Made by a program: the position numbers and the translations under genes. From Lepidodermella squamata (Eukaryota; Animalia; Gastrotricha): a stretch of 64,000 bases of DNA. The notes under the pieces were generated by a model. It was not told the origin of the DNA and did not search any database. It saw nothing but the letters and a program-made list of their open reading frames with translations. Location: NCBI GenBank assembly GCA_047495785.1, contig JBLDXI010000007.1, forward strand, positions 1 through 64,000, read 5' to 3'. Positions 36,828 through 51,567 of the stretch are shown here, piece after piece. Numbering within the stretch: position 1 is the first letter of the stretch; each line of letters starts with the position of its first letter.

Positions 36828-38956
36828 TCAGGGCAGTGAAATCGACGATCGCGACTTTGAGCGCTTCCGCTTCGGCGGCGAATTCGACGCGGCGGCTGAG
36901 GCGGCCTCCGCAGCCGCGGCTTTCGCGCGCTTCTCGTAATCACGCGGGATTTTGTAGATGGACTGCAGCGCCTCGAAACGCGATGTCCACGCCGCCGCCT
37001 GGCGCTGCGCTAGTTCGGCGTGGCGCGCAACAAAGTCGTGGTCATACGGCAGCAGAAATTCCCAGCCGCGGCGCGCCGTAGGCCGCGAAATCTGCTCCAA
37101 GATCGTTTTCACGTCTTCAATAGGTAGCTTGATTATCGGAACGATGTCCTTTCGCATTTGCCATCGCGACTGGGTAAAGCACCACAACTAGGTATAAAAT
37201 GCAAAGTTTTCACATAGAAGTACAAATTTCACGACTACAAACCACGAAATCCCGACCGTTTATGAGATTTTCAGCCGGAACGCCGCTCACGGCACTGGAA
37301 CTGGACGGCGGATACAGCTCTTCGCTTTTCACAACCCAGCAGCCTTGAACCAAAGTTGCGTATTGCTGAAGGGTCTGTAACAACTGACTTGCAGGCATTG
37401 ACCGGGGCCAAAGCGGGACGACTTGTTGATACTGAAGAACTTTCACTAGAAAACCCAAATAATTCATATAATTCAGCCTTGATAAAAACAAGAGCATTTG
37501 GATTTGATTTGATTTGATTTAAAACAAGGACCCCATTTACCAATCAAAATCAATAGTCTTTGAATGAACTAAATCAATAAAATCGAATCACTGACTAAAA
37601 AAATTGCTCATTTAACCAATATTCTTATTTGCCTCGCATTTTTGATAACTCCGTAACCATGAGGAATTTTTTGAAGCGGTTTTCGCCAATCGACAGATCT
37701 ACTCTTCAGTAAACTTTCTTTCGTTAGAATGGGATTTGCGCGAAAAAATTGGTGGCGACAATGTTCTTTGCGATTTTGATAAAAAATTCCCATTTTAAAT
37801 CAAATTAAATCATGAGATTTTAGTCAGATTTTAGTCGAGTTTAGCGGGTGCTTTCCTGAGGGTAATCAAATCAAACTTTGCTCCGGCCTTAATCAATCAT
37901 TTTAAACCCAAATCATTGAAAATACGGTATTAATCGAATTGAATCAAACCAAATCCAACACTCTGAATAACATCTCGAACAAACCATTTTTCAATAACGC
38001 TCGAATCTGCTCGCACGGTGGCAACGCTCGAATCATATTCATCGATATTTCTGGTTGCTTGTTCGAAATCAAGCTGGATTAGTCAAGATTAAATAAAATT
38101 TTTACGAAATTCTGATTTCATACTTGTCGGAATTCGGAGGCGGCAGCAGATTTTTTAGCAGTCTGTCACCGGTAGCTTCAGGTAGAGGCTGAGCTGACTC
38201 CGAGGCGGACGTGAGTGCCGCAACTTGTTCGATTGTGACCGGGTCGTCGCCCTTGTGCAAAGAGAAGTTGATCCATGGTTGCGCCGCCTGTTTACGCGCG
38301 AAATACTCGTAAGTGGCTAACCGGCGCTGTTTCGCCTCCGCTGATTCAACGCGGGCGAAACGCGCCCGAACTGGCTGTAATTCTGCGGCGCCGCTCGACT
38401 GGTCGGCTGGGCCTTCGTCCTGCGAAGACTCGCCTCCGGTATCAACGGCGGCCGCCTGCGGTTTGGCGGGAACGCCAGGTCTGGGCGGCGACATAACACC
38501 CGGTGGGGCATCGCTCGTTATGTCGATGTAACTGAAAGAAGGGCCGAGGGTGCCGGTGTAGCTAATCGGGGTCAGGTAGAGAGCGCCGTTATTGACGAGA
38601 CCAACGGTGAAATTGAGCGCCGACGCGCCAGTAGATGAGACACATTGAAGATTCGATGCTAACGTGAGCTTTGAGCATTCGCCCGATTGAAACAATTTAC
38701 GCGCGTTCTCCGTCGCCGTGGCGAGGTGCTTAGATTTGCTGCGGTCGAAGTGTTCGTTATTCGCAGCTTTTGGGAGATCCATTTCCAATTCAATCCTATG
38801 ACCGGGCTTAATTCGACCCGACTTGCATGGCACTTCCTCTGTACTGCCTGGAATTACACTTTCAGGGCATTGAAGCAGCAGTAAATTAGCTCCAGATGGT
38901 GGAGCATTCAAGTACACGTCCATTTCCTCGACCACCTCATCATCAGTGTCCGTCAT
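36828..38956 (-). CDS. POLR3E: RNA polymerase III subunit RPC5 (Sin)
   Basis: DDEVVEEMDVYL, LYLTP...LGPSFSYID, VRARFAR, LQQYATLVQGCWVVKSE, RDFV, GWEFLLPYDHDF. Multi-exon. Confidence 0.93.
37489..37965. mobile_element. Degenerate hAT-like MITE inside a POLR3E intron
   Basis: Imperfect TIRs CAAGAGCATTTGGATTTGATTTG / rc CAGAGTGTTGGATTTGGTTTG, internal GATTT/AAATC repeats. It inflates the intron to ~540 nt; TSD is degraded. Confidence 0.6.
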
Positions 38957-39263
38957 AATTTCTAATGAAACAAAAAGGCTTTTCTTAAAACTTGCAGCGT
39001 TTATTAGGTTACAAAGAAACAAGTAAGAGCTAGCAGAGCGGTTGAGCAGCATATAAAATGACTATTTAAGATAAATCATAACAACAGCGTAATAAAATGG
39101 AATATATAGCAGCTGGAAAGAATATGAGAACCGTTTTGTCAGATCAATACAAATGTTACCGAGAAAAATCGAGTTCGGCGTCAGAAGCAATAAGGCGTCT
39201 TTGGAAAAAACTAATTTTGAGCAAGCATACTCTGGCACAGTGTATCTGCTCAAAGGAAACAAA

Positions 39264-40108
39264 TCAATTTTCCTTATTTTCCGATTCAAAAGCATCTCCA
39301 CATCCAGGAAGACTTTCCTGGGCGGCTAATGACTTGATTCCACATTGAACGGCTGAGATGTTACCATCAACAAGAACCTTTCTTTTTCGCTTGTTTTGAT
39401 TTTCAGCGACTTTCTCTCCGTTGTAGCATGGCCTGCATACCGCAATGTATTTCTCTGATCCACCAATAAGTTCGACTTCCTTGTCTGATGTCGTGCGATA
39501 AGTAAAAGCAGCCTCGCCGAAGCAGCGCATGCAAACCGCTGTCAATTTCACAATGCTTTCGGCTAGAGGAACAAGACTCAAGACATCCCCGAAGCCCTGC
39601 CGCATGTATGTTCCATCTAATGCGGCAACAATGACTGTCTTGCCAGAATTAGCCATTTTTTCACAGAAAGGAACGAGGTCAGGAAACTAGAAAACTTGAC
39701 TGTCATAATTGAATGGTTCTTACATCACTCAACTCACAAATTGCCCTTCGTCAATGCCGATCACATCGCAAGTCGCACATGTAGTTTCCTCGATTTTATT
39801 CAACTCCATAGCAGCAACTGCGGGTAAAGTAACACGATCGTGTGTTGCAACGTCGCTCTCAGAGTAGCGATTATCCATCGCATATTTGACGACAACGCAC
39901 TGGTAAGCAGCGAGGTGATAGCGCCGCATGCGCCGAAGAAGTTCCGTTCTATAAATACATTAATAAATATATGCTGTTAAACCGGAAACTTGATTGGATC
40001 ATACGTTTTCCCAGAGAACATTGGGCCAAAAATGACTTGGATTTCTCCAACTTTACGCTGTGTGTGCCTGTCGACACTTTGGAGGCGAGGAAATGGAGAT
40101 TGCAGCAT
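39264..40108 (-). CDS. TK1: Thymidine kinase 1 (3 exons)
   Basis: GEIQVIFGPMFSGKT, VIGIDEGQF, VAALDGTY.RQGF, KLTAVCMRC, ELIGGSEKYIAVCRPCY. Confidence 0.98.
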
Positions 40109-40292
40109 TATCGAAGGACAGTGGAATTCAGTAATAACTATAACCAATACAGCCAATAATTAAATAGAAACATAGCAAAACCGAACAACTGGATTGAATG
40201 CAAAATTAAATGAAATAATTTCAGATAAATGAAATAATAAATTCAGAGTGTCAACTGTTGAGCTACGAGGACGAAACTCAGGATGCTTCCTC

Positions 40293-40637
40293 CGAGAATT
40301 TTTTTTCTGCCTAAAATAAGGCAGAATTTTCCGCTATAGCTTTTTCTGCCTAAAATTTCGCTATGTAGCGGAAGGCCCCAGAAACGATGCCAATGATCAT
40401 TTTAATTGTATTGCTCCATTTATTTGTCAAAAAGCGTATTATAATAAAAAATAAATCAAATATAGAAAGATAATGACTAAAGATGCCGCGCTAAGACAGG
40501 CTAAGTACAACGCTTAGAAAATTCAATTTTAAAGGCATTTTGTGGGGTTTTACGTGATTCAAGCGCCTACTTACCATTTTAGGCAGAAAAAGCTATGGCG
40601 GAAAATTCTGCCTAATTTTAGGCAGGAAAAAGGCTCC
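40293..40637. mobile_element. Mutator-like MITE with 9-bp TSD TGCTTCCTC
   Basis: ~60-bp TIRs (TTTTCTGCCTAAAAT subrepeats). Exact 9-bp TSD at 40284-40292 and 40638-40646. Confidence 0.85.
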
Positions 40638-40683
40638 TGCTTCCTCAGCCAAATTGATAGTTTCGAATTTAAAATGTAGATTC

Positions 40684-41352
40684 AAAATCTCAAATCTCAA
40701 ATCTTTATTGTTTACCGTTCGCTTTGCACCTATTATTAGTCATAATGTTTACAAAATTCAGAATGAGTACAAAGGTGGCAAAGGGAGGCTCGAGCGCAAA
40801 GAACAAGGCGTCCGGGACTGCATAAAATTAATTACAGCATGATGCATACAACTGTATACATACTTAGATACAGGAGGAATGGTACAAAGATTACATGTTC
40901 GGCAGGATAGGTAGGAACTCGAGAATATAATGGCGCACTTTGGTAGCAAAAATCAATGTAGAGTAAATACTGGTGATATTATTAGGTAGTGAATTCCACA
41001 AAGATGTCAGGCGCAAAATAAAGGAACAATGCCGTTGTTTGTAGTTCCACTGAGGAAAAATTAATTTATTGTTATGACTAGAACGAGTAGTAGAAGTGGA
41101 CGGGGGATAAATAAATTCATTATGAAGCACAGATATATGATTATGAATGATTTTGTGGGCTATTTGAAGGTCCCTGAACAACCATCTCTGATGAAGTGAT
41201 TGAATGTTAAATTTTTTCAGCCTTTCCAAGTAACATAAAGGAGCAAAGGGAGGAACTATCATTCGAGAAGTAAAATTTTTGAGACACTTTTCCAAGAGGA
41301 TTTTATCAGAAGCATTAGTGGGGTTCCAAACAGTTGAACAATAAAGGAATAA
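40684..41352 (-). mobile_element. 5'-truncated CR1/L2-type LINE (ORF2 C-terminus plus 3' UTR)
   Basis: YCSTVWNP...DKILLEKCLKNFT...YLERLKKFNIQSLHQRWLFRDLQIAHKI...LWNSLP. 3' end is AATAAA followed by (ATTTGAG)n. Possible TSD AGATTC. Confidence 0.85.
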
Positions 41353-41458
41353 AGATTCGCTAGCAACAGGTGTCTGGTGTCTAGTGTCCGACGAGGACCA
41401 GGCACCGATTTCACTTACGATTTACGATTTCAGATATCACTCGCTCCTCACTCCTTTC

Positions 41459-42026
41459 CTTGGAGGAATAGTAATGGAGTGAGCACTGCCCTATTAACGA
41501 GATCGTATCGCGCGCACGATGGGGGGCCCGCCGCCTGCCTCACTCGCGCGCGCGAGATGAGGAAACGACTGCACGTTGGTACCGTTTTTTTCGTCAATTT
41601 TTGTGATATTGAGCTGCGCTTTGGAATGTAGGTAGCAGAAAGCGAGACGCACCGGTACATCTAAAAATTACTTTACTCTGACCTAGGATTAGGGAGAAAC
41701 TTGAATAATACGCGAGCGCCTATGTTTTTAATGCTGCCGCGCAATACAAAACCTTGTGGTACCGTTTATTTCTCAACGGTAAAGGATGTTTCAATAAAAT
41801 TTGGTATAGTTATAGACAATAGTGAATCCTACCGGTACATCAAAAAACGGCATCGATGCGATGCACAGTTGCTGAGAAATAACGCATCAAAGTTTTAAAA
41901 AATGTGCGCGCGTTCGTAGTCACGTGAGCTGAACAATGCGGGCGCCCTGCTGCGCCACTCACCCTTTGTCCGACGATAGTGCGCGCTGATAAAGGGCAGT
42001 GCTCACTCCATCTCTATTCCTCCAAG
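41459..42026. mobile_element. Non-autonomous DNA transposon, ~34-bp TIRs, 8-bp TSD CTCCTTTC
   Basis: CTTGGAGGAATAG..ATGGAGTGAGCACTGCCCT and its reverse complement. TSD at 41451-41458 and 42027-42034. Confidence 0.9.
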
Positions 42027-42189
42027 CTCCTTTCACTCATCACGGATGACATCAGCTCAGGCCAAAAAAAAACGCGCGGAAAGAAACAAAAACGTGTTCG
42101 CGCGCTTTGGTGAAGTAAAAAGCTATATTTTTATTTACAACTTTTATCAGTAATTAATTGTTATTCTAAAATATAACACATAATTTTAT

Positions 42190-43420
42190 ATTACATTTAG
42201 GGTACGCAACCGCCGCAGTAATATTTTCATCGAACAACTTGACGATTCTTGATCCTTTCGAATTGCGATTCTTTCGATTGCCGAAAGAAACTGAACCAAA
42301 AGGAATCTTTAGACGTCAGTGAATGCGTCGAGATGGCTTGCATATACATCTAAGCAAGGCATTTGATTCCCAGCCCATTGAAGGCCTGCTTTTCTGCCTT
42401 TCTCGATGGCGGCCTCGGTTATTCTGCTTTTGGTTTTTCGTGCTTATTTGCAAGGTTGATCGGTGTGAACCCCGAATAAGCTGTCCAACATTGCGCCTAT
42501 TTCGGTCATCATCTTCAGTAGCGAATTTTGTTTCAGTGCAATGTCGTGATTGACTTTCCGATGGATATTCTTGACGTGAAATGGCTCTGGTGGACCTTCC
42601 ACGATGCGGACCTTTCCATCTACGAATGGTTTTACTGGCTACCTTGGACGTGTGCCTTAACCCGAAGTTTTCCATTCTTTGATTAATTCATTCCAATTTT
42701 AGATCGTTCACGTGGTTTTTACAGCGTCAAACAGGGTTCTATTCAATGGGCCTCACAAACTTATTGCTGGCGGTGGCTATCGCGAATATCGCGGCGGAAT
42801 CGATAGTCACGCTATTAACTGGCCTGGCCATCAGGAATCAGGCCTGTTGACATTTCCGCTTGGGGGCTTGAGCTTCCTGATTACTTATCTTTAGGATATG
42901 CATGACTACTTGTTGCATGATTTTCACGGAATTCATCTTGAAATTATTTTCATTGGCCTGCTGATTATGGCATACGCTTTGATAGTTCAAATCTGCGCGC
43001 CGCGACGAAAAGCCCCACAAAATGGTACTTAGTCTGCCTTTTCTTAACCACAATTTAATAGTCTATTACTTCTGGCAATAGAGGAAGGATGGCGATCTGA
43101 CATTGTTGCGATACTTGCGTTCACAAACAGTATCTACTGCATGATAGGTAACGGTGCGGTATATTTCAGCGACTGGCTACTGTGAAGTCGTTGGACGTTG
43201 CAATGCCATAATGGTTGTCAATACAATCGCTGGGGACTTTCTACGACTTCTTAGGCAAGGGTGTCGGTGAGCCTCGCGGTTGGTACTCGGTTTGTGGAAC
43301 GCCTTGCCCGAATCGAACTGAGCACACAATTATCGTGTGGGCTGGTTGTATTTTTGCAGCATTCCTCTATGACGTAATACTCAGTCGCTCAAAGAGCCTG
43401 CTCCTGATAGAGAAAGGATG
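42190..43420 (-). pseudogene. Possible decayed coding sequence (TE remnant?)
   Basis: Minus-strand frames with sparse stops (NWNELIKEWK...PEPFHVKNIHRKVNHDIALK...) adjacent to the TE cluster. No family recognised. Confidence 0.25.
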
Positions 43421-43877
43421 AACTAAAGAAAGACTAACTTATGTTACATTCAATTCATCAAAGTTGAGAAAAACTTCTGAATAAGAATTTACTAAACTGG
43501 AATGTGATAAAAATGACGCTTCTCCAAAGAACGACGGTTTAAATGCTTGATTTATTTTCGATTCAAATAAAACTCATTATAAAGCAATGATTCGTTGCTA
43601 TTTGGATAAATCATTTTGAGCAAAAATATTTAAGATTGCCTGCAGTAAGACTAATAACTAACAGAACTTGAAATTAACAAGATGCACTTTCTTCCGCATT
43701 GATGAGCATGAATATGTTTAAAACACTATGCAGCGATGCAATTGAAATGCTGTTCTGCTAGGTGCCTCATTCGATATTTCTCCATCAAAACCGCTCGAAT
43801 ATAAATTGAAGGATTAAAACACGCGGCTTTATTTAATTATCAGTACTTCCAAATTAAAGGTTCCAACTCACAGCGGA

Positions 43878-45587
43878 TCACATGCGAGAAAAACAGAAGT
43901 TAGATGCGCCATCAAGTTCCTTCATCATTTTGAGAATCAAACCGTCACTTTCAACCCGTTGTTCGAAAAAACTAGGCGAAACTGACGACAAATATGCAAT
44001 TGTTTCCAGCAGATGACCCAAAAAATCATTGGATTCGATCGTCTTCCGAAATGATAACGCCTTTGAAGTCGCATCAACAAGTCGACCGCTGATTTCATCG
44101 CAATTTGCAGTCACGGCCAGCTGATCTTTCGTCAAACTTTTATTAGTAAGAAGTCGGTGGATGACTCGAGCAATCGCGTCCAGTTGTGGCTTTGCACACT
44201 CCGGCTCAATGCTCTCCAAGTTGGAGCACAAGAAATCAACGCGATCAGCAAGGTGGGTCAAAAGGAAATTATTAGCCATCAAAACATGACAGCTTTTGTC
44301 GACAACCTTGTCAATCAGTCCGCAGATAAGGTCGCTCGATGTCCAAATCGCACCCATGTCACACAAGGTCCACTCAGCTTTATCGTACCAATTCTCGCAT
44401 TCGCCCTTGTCATCGACAGTCAGCGCTTGCCGCCAAGATGCAAAAGCTATAGCAGCGAAAACGAGCCAAAGATCGAACGATTTCAAGAATTCTTTATCCT
44501 CCATCGCTTCTTCTGGGTCGAATAGAAACCCAACTTCATCGCTACAAACCAATTTACTAAACAACCCTTGAATCGCTGTTCGATCGAAGTTGAGACCGCC
44601 GCGTTCAGACGCGTAGTCTAGGATGCGAGTGCCGCTGAAAATCATCGAAATTGATACGTGAGTCATCCATGCGAAATCAATCGAGACAAAGGTTGGATGG
44701 ATCGAACCACTCATTTCCTGGCTCATTTCACCCCACACCAAATTGCAAATTTCCTTGATGAGCGGGTCAAACGCGCCGATCTTCGATCGGGACATGCGAG
44801 CGAGCAATTCAGCCTTCTTAATATTTTTGCTCAGCGACGTCACAATTGTCTTAAAGAAATTGGGCTGAAGCTCGCAAAGCGCGGATTTGTTCATTTCATT
44901 CAGCAATCGAAGTAATATCACGATAAAATGTAGTTCGTTCAAGTCGATTTGCTCGAGGTCCATTTCAGAAAATAGGCGCAGTAGAAACGCATTGCTCGCA
45001 ATCGCATTGTAGAATTCATTTCGAGATGATTCATTTACTTCATCGTCGATCGACTGGAGAAGGTCGAGGGCTCGAACCACGGCGAACAAACTGATCGAGT
45101 CGCAATCAGTCAAGACACCGACTGTTCGCAAAGTTTCGTCTAAATAGGACGTATCTTCAGGGTCGAGTTGCAACTTTTCGTAAATCTCAGCCATTTTTTC
45201 ATCAAACCATGTCTCGGCGTAGTAGTAGTAAAATCGGCCGAGATACGCTAGTGATAGCGCCTCCTTAAATCTACCAATTTTTACGTACAGCTCAACAATT
45301 TCCTTCAGCGGTTCGACATCAAACGCTGCCATGAGATTAGCGCCCTCCCAAAACTTGGTTATGGCAGCAGAATAACGCTTTTCATGTCGGGCTTCACGGG
45401 CATCGGCGTCACAGCAGATTTTCGTGTTACGAGTTTCGTTGAAGCAGTCTTTGCCACCCGCAGCTCGCAGACGTATTTCGCCGCAAATGCGATCGACGTC
45501 TGCTCGATCTTTCATTGGCAATAACAGGTCGGAAATGAGTTTTGATCCCGGCTCAGCATCCGTCCCGAAAATTAGCTCAAAAGCCAT
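43878..45587 (-). CDS. Intronless 569-aa uncharacterised helical protein (TPR-like N-terminus, ARM/HEAT-like C-terminus)
   Basis: Long clean ORF, Leu-rich amphipathic pattern, splice acceptor ~21 nt before the ATG, AATAAA downstream. Confidence 0.75.
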   Translation of the reverse strand: MAFELIFGTDAEPGSKLISDLLLPMKDRADVDRICGEIRLRAAGGKDCFNETRNTKICCDADAREARHEKRYSAAITKFWEGANLMAAFDVEPLKEIVELYVKIGRFKEALSLAYLGRFYYYYAETWFDEKMAEIYEKLQLDPEDTSYLDETLRTVGVLTDCDSISLFAVVRALDLLQSIDDEVNESSRNEFYNAIASNAFLLRLFSEMDLEQIDLNELHFIVILLRLLNEMNKSALCELQPNFFKTIVTSLSKNIKKAELLARMSRSKIGAFDPLIKEICNLVWGEMSQEMSGSIHPTFVSIDFAWMTHVSISMIFSGTRILDYASERGGLNFDRTAIQGLFSKLVCSDEVGFLFDPEEAMEDKEFLKSFDLWLVFAAIAFASWRQALTVDDKGECENWYDKAEWTLCDMGAIWTSSDLICGLIDKVVDKSCHVLMANNFLLTHLADRVDFLCSNLESIEPECAKPQLDAIARVIHRLLTNKSLTKDQLAVTANCDEISGRLVDATSKALSFRKTIESNDFLGHLLETIAYLSSVSPSFFEQRVESDGLILKMMKELDGASNFCFSRM

Positions 45588-45895
45588 ATTGGTAAAATAG
45601 ACAGCAAACTATCAAAAAATAACGCAGAAATAAGGAAGAACACCGTATCAATTTTGATGCCCTGCCCTCCAAGGCAGCAACCAAGTTCGTGATTCAACCT
45701 CAATTCCTTTTCCTGCCTTCGAACTGAAGTTACTAGGCTTTTTAATAACAACTCTTAAACTGAATGAACAATCAGTATGAACAATTTTAACAAAAACTTT
45801 TTCGACGAATAAAACCGTTTATTTTAAAACAGATAGCGACAATCAACAATACTGCATGTGTGATGACAGCTGAGCTTTTGAGAGTATTGCTGTTG

Positions 45896-48659
<2,764 letters not shown>

Positions 48660-49066
48660 TTTCAGCGCATTGAGTTGCTGCAGATAGTGTTCGAATGACT
48701 CGATTGATAACGAGCCATCGTGAGAAAACGCGCGAAATTTGAATCAGAGGTTAATCGCGTGCCTTGTACTGAGGCACGCGTCCAAATAGACCGCCAAAAT
48801 TGAGACAGGTGTCACGTTTTTTTATTGCTTGCTTATTCACATATAAAAGTGAAACTTCGCAACAGCTTAAGAATTCAGCCATAAGTTACACGTGGAACCA
48901 TATAATGCAAAAGCAGGCATCATCACTCACTTATTTTCAAGGGACACAAGAGACAAAAACAAGCAAAGCTACGGTTAAAAATTACGAGACATAACAATCA
49001 CGGTATTAGGTATCAAACCAGGATGAGAAATATAGGATAAAATTATAAGAAATGAGCAACGGGAAT

Positions 49067-51567
49067 TTAGCGGTTGCTGATACAGGGTACGAATTGCTGC
49101 AGCTCTTCATCCCACTTTCGCCGCAGTTTCTTATTCATCGGCACTTCGGCATAAGATTGGACGCACTTGGTCCGGCGAGGTCGCGAAGTTGCATCTGCTC
49201 CCTCGGTTTCACCGTCATTTCTGAGCCTCAGTGTCGCAGAATCAGCGTCAGATTGTTGAGAACGAGATCTCGAGGAAACAGCTGAGGCACTACGGTGATT
49301 TGATCGCACGCTTTCGGGTGAAGACGGGGCGGATTGCTGAGGTATCTCATCGCGATTTTCTGTGCCAGATGCTGAAGTCTAGTCAAATAGATAAGCGTCA
49401 AACAATTCTAATTCAAGGAATAAATGACAACAAACAGCTGCTAGCCGCTCAGTAGATTCTTCCGTGGGTTCGACCTTGACCTTTTTAGACCTTTTCGCCG
49501 GTTCTCCAGGCCTCCGTTTAACACTTCGAGACGAGATCGCCGCAACGGTTGGTTCCGGAACTGCAAATTCAGCGGCAGCAGCATCCTCTTGGTTATTCGG
49601 TGGCTGTGTCTCATTCGTATGCGTCTCTAGTGGCGCCACTGGTTGGGGCTGTTCAGAAGGCGGAATTTCTTGCGGCAATGGTTTCCGCTTGAGGGTGCGC
49701 GATGGCTTCTCAACTGCTTCTTTGGTGCTTTCTTTCGGCGCAGGATCTGTGCAAAAATGAAATGCATAATTGCAGGTTTCATCTCATCATTGGTACCCTC
49801 ACGTTTGATTGATTCAACTTTCTCGGCATGTTCTCTACTTCGCGAGGACTTCGTCGGTGGTTCATCAAAAGTTGCTACGGCTTCAGCCGGGACATTTATC
49901 ACAGCTGCTGGCAACTCCGGTGTTTCTTCTGCTGGTAAAGGCGGAAGTGCCTGTTTCCTTTTTTGTGTTCTAACTGGCCTTTGAGCAGGGACTTCGATGT
50001 CTTCAGCAGGCTCTACGGGTTTTGAAAGCGTTGTTTCTGCCATAGAATCAGTTAAATCATACAGTTGAGTATCTTAAAGTTCAACTTACTTTTACATGAT
50101 TGCTTCATTTGTTCAACTTCCATAGGACTGAGCGATCGCAATTGAACTATCGCTTTAGTTCTACCGATGATGGGCGATTCTGGAATAATAGGCCCAGGAA
50201 GCGGTTCATTCGGTATTTCCCCTTTCTTCTCACAGGCGATATCGTTAATAACTCCGGCGCTAATCGCAACAGAAGCAGATGTTGCCGGTGGCTGAGGTGC
50301 AGATATATCCTCGTCGCGATCGGCTCGGTTTTCTGTTAGCGAAAAGTCGAAAACAGACGGTTCAGCTGGTCTAGAAAAATCAATAAAATAACGATACAGC
50401 AGCAGATAATACGAAAGCAAATTATCTCACTTGGGAAGTTCATTGACAGGTTGCCGCCGCTTAACACTGCGAGATTTAGTGCCCTCGCCGGCATCGGCAA
50501 ATATCGTGTTTGCAACCCTAGCTTCAACCCGGCCGTTTTGAACTTTTTTCGTCACTCTGATGGATTCACTATGATTAGTCGTAGACAGACTGGCGTTTGA
50601 TGTTGAGGAGCTCGGCGTTCGAGACCTTGAGCGGGACTTCTGCTTGACAATAGGCTGGTGCTTCATTTTACTACCTTTGACAGGCGCGGATCGAGATGGC
50701 TTTGGTTTCAGAGGTGGCAAAGGTGCGCGAGACATGAAATCATCTTCGTCCATCTCATCCTCCTGCGCCACGTCCCTCTCCGGCTCATCCTCATTTTCTT
50801 CAGAGATGACAGGGATGGGAGGTGGATTTGGGTTCTGACGAGGAGCACGAACGATAGGGGCTGGTACTCTGAATGCTTCGATCAATTTTGGTGGCATTTC
50901 CGCGTCCGGTTTAGTCGCAATCGGCGCGGGACGCAGTGGTGTTGATGCTAATTTTGGATGGCCAGCGGCTCTTACGAACCGCCGCAGACTATCTGGAGCG
51001 TCTGAGAAACTTCCTTGAAGAGATCGTTGAGCAGGCGAAAACATGGGTGGATTAATAATTGAACTTTCACGGCGCCCAACTGCCGTTTTAACTTCATCAG
51101 CAAATACTTCAAGAAAGCCACTCTCCAACCGAGCGCCAATAGCACCCCAAACACGACGAGCTACTTCGTCCAAATTCTGAGCATACGAAAGCAAATTTTA
51201 CCAGTAATTTCTTAATAAAGGGACAAACCAGATCTGATGGCAATCCTCCACTTTGCCTTGAATTTCGTTCGTGCTGTGCCAATTTGGCATCGGTTTCGAA
51301 TTTGTAACGGTCGAACTGCTGCTGCAATTCGATCACGTTTTCTTTGGCTGTAACCAACTCATCCTTGAGGGCGATGTTGGCCTCTCCCTGAGTCGTGATC
51401 GATTGTTTTAATGTCACGTTTTCTTTAACAATGATATTGTTTTTTTCTAAGATGCTTTTATTGGCATCTCGAACCTCCTTAAATCGTTTTTTGTATTCTT
51501 CGAGGTAACTCCGATATTGATTAACTTTCCGCAAGAGTATTTTATTCTTTGCGGTTTCAGATGACAT
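49067..51567 (-). CDS. SGO1: Shugoshin
   Basis: N-terminal coiled coil (..ANKSILEKN..) and C-terminal SGO basic motif RPRRTKCVQSYAEVPMNKKLRR. Multi-exon disordered middle. Confidence 0.8.

Noticed and set aside
40244-40281. Hammerhead-ribozyme-like CTGTTGAG...GGACGAAAC
   Set aside because: The core has CUGUUGA rather than CUGANGA, the cleavage position would be G, and stems I and II do not form.
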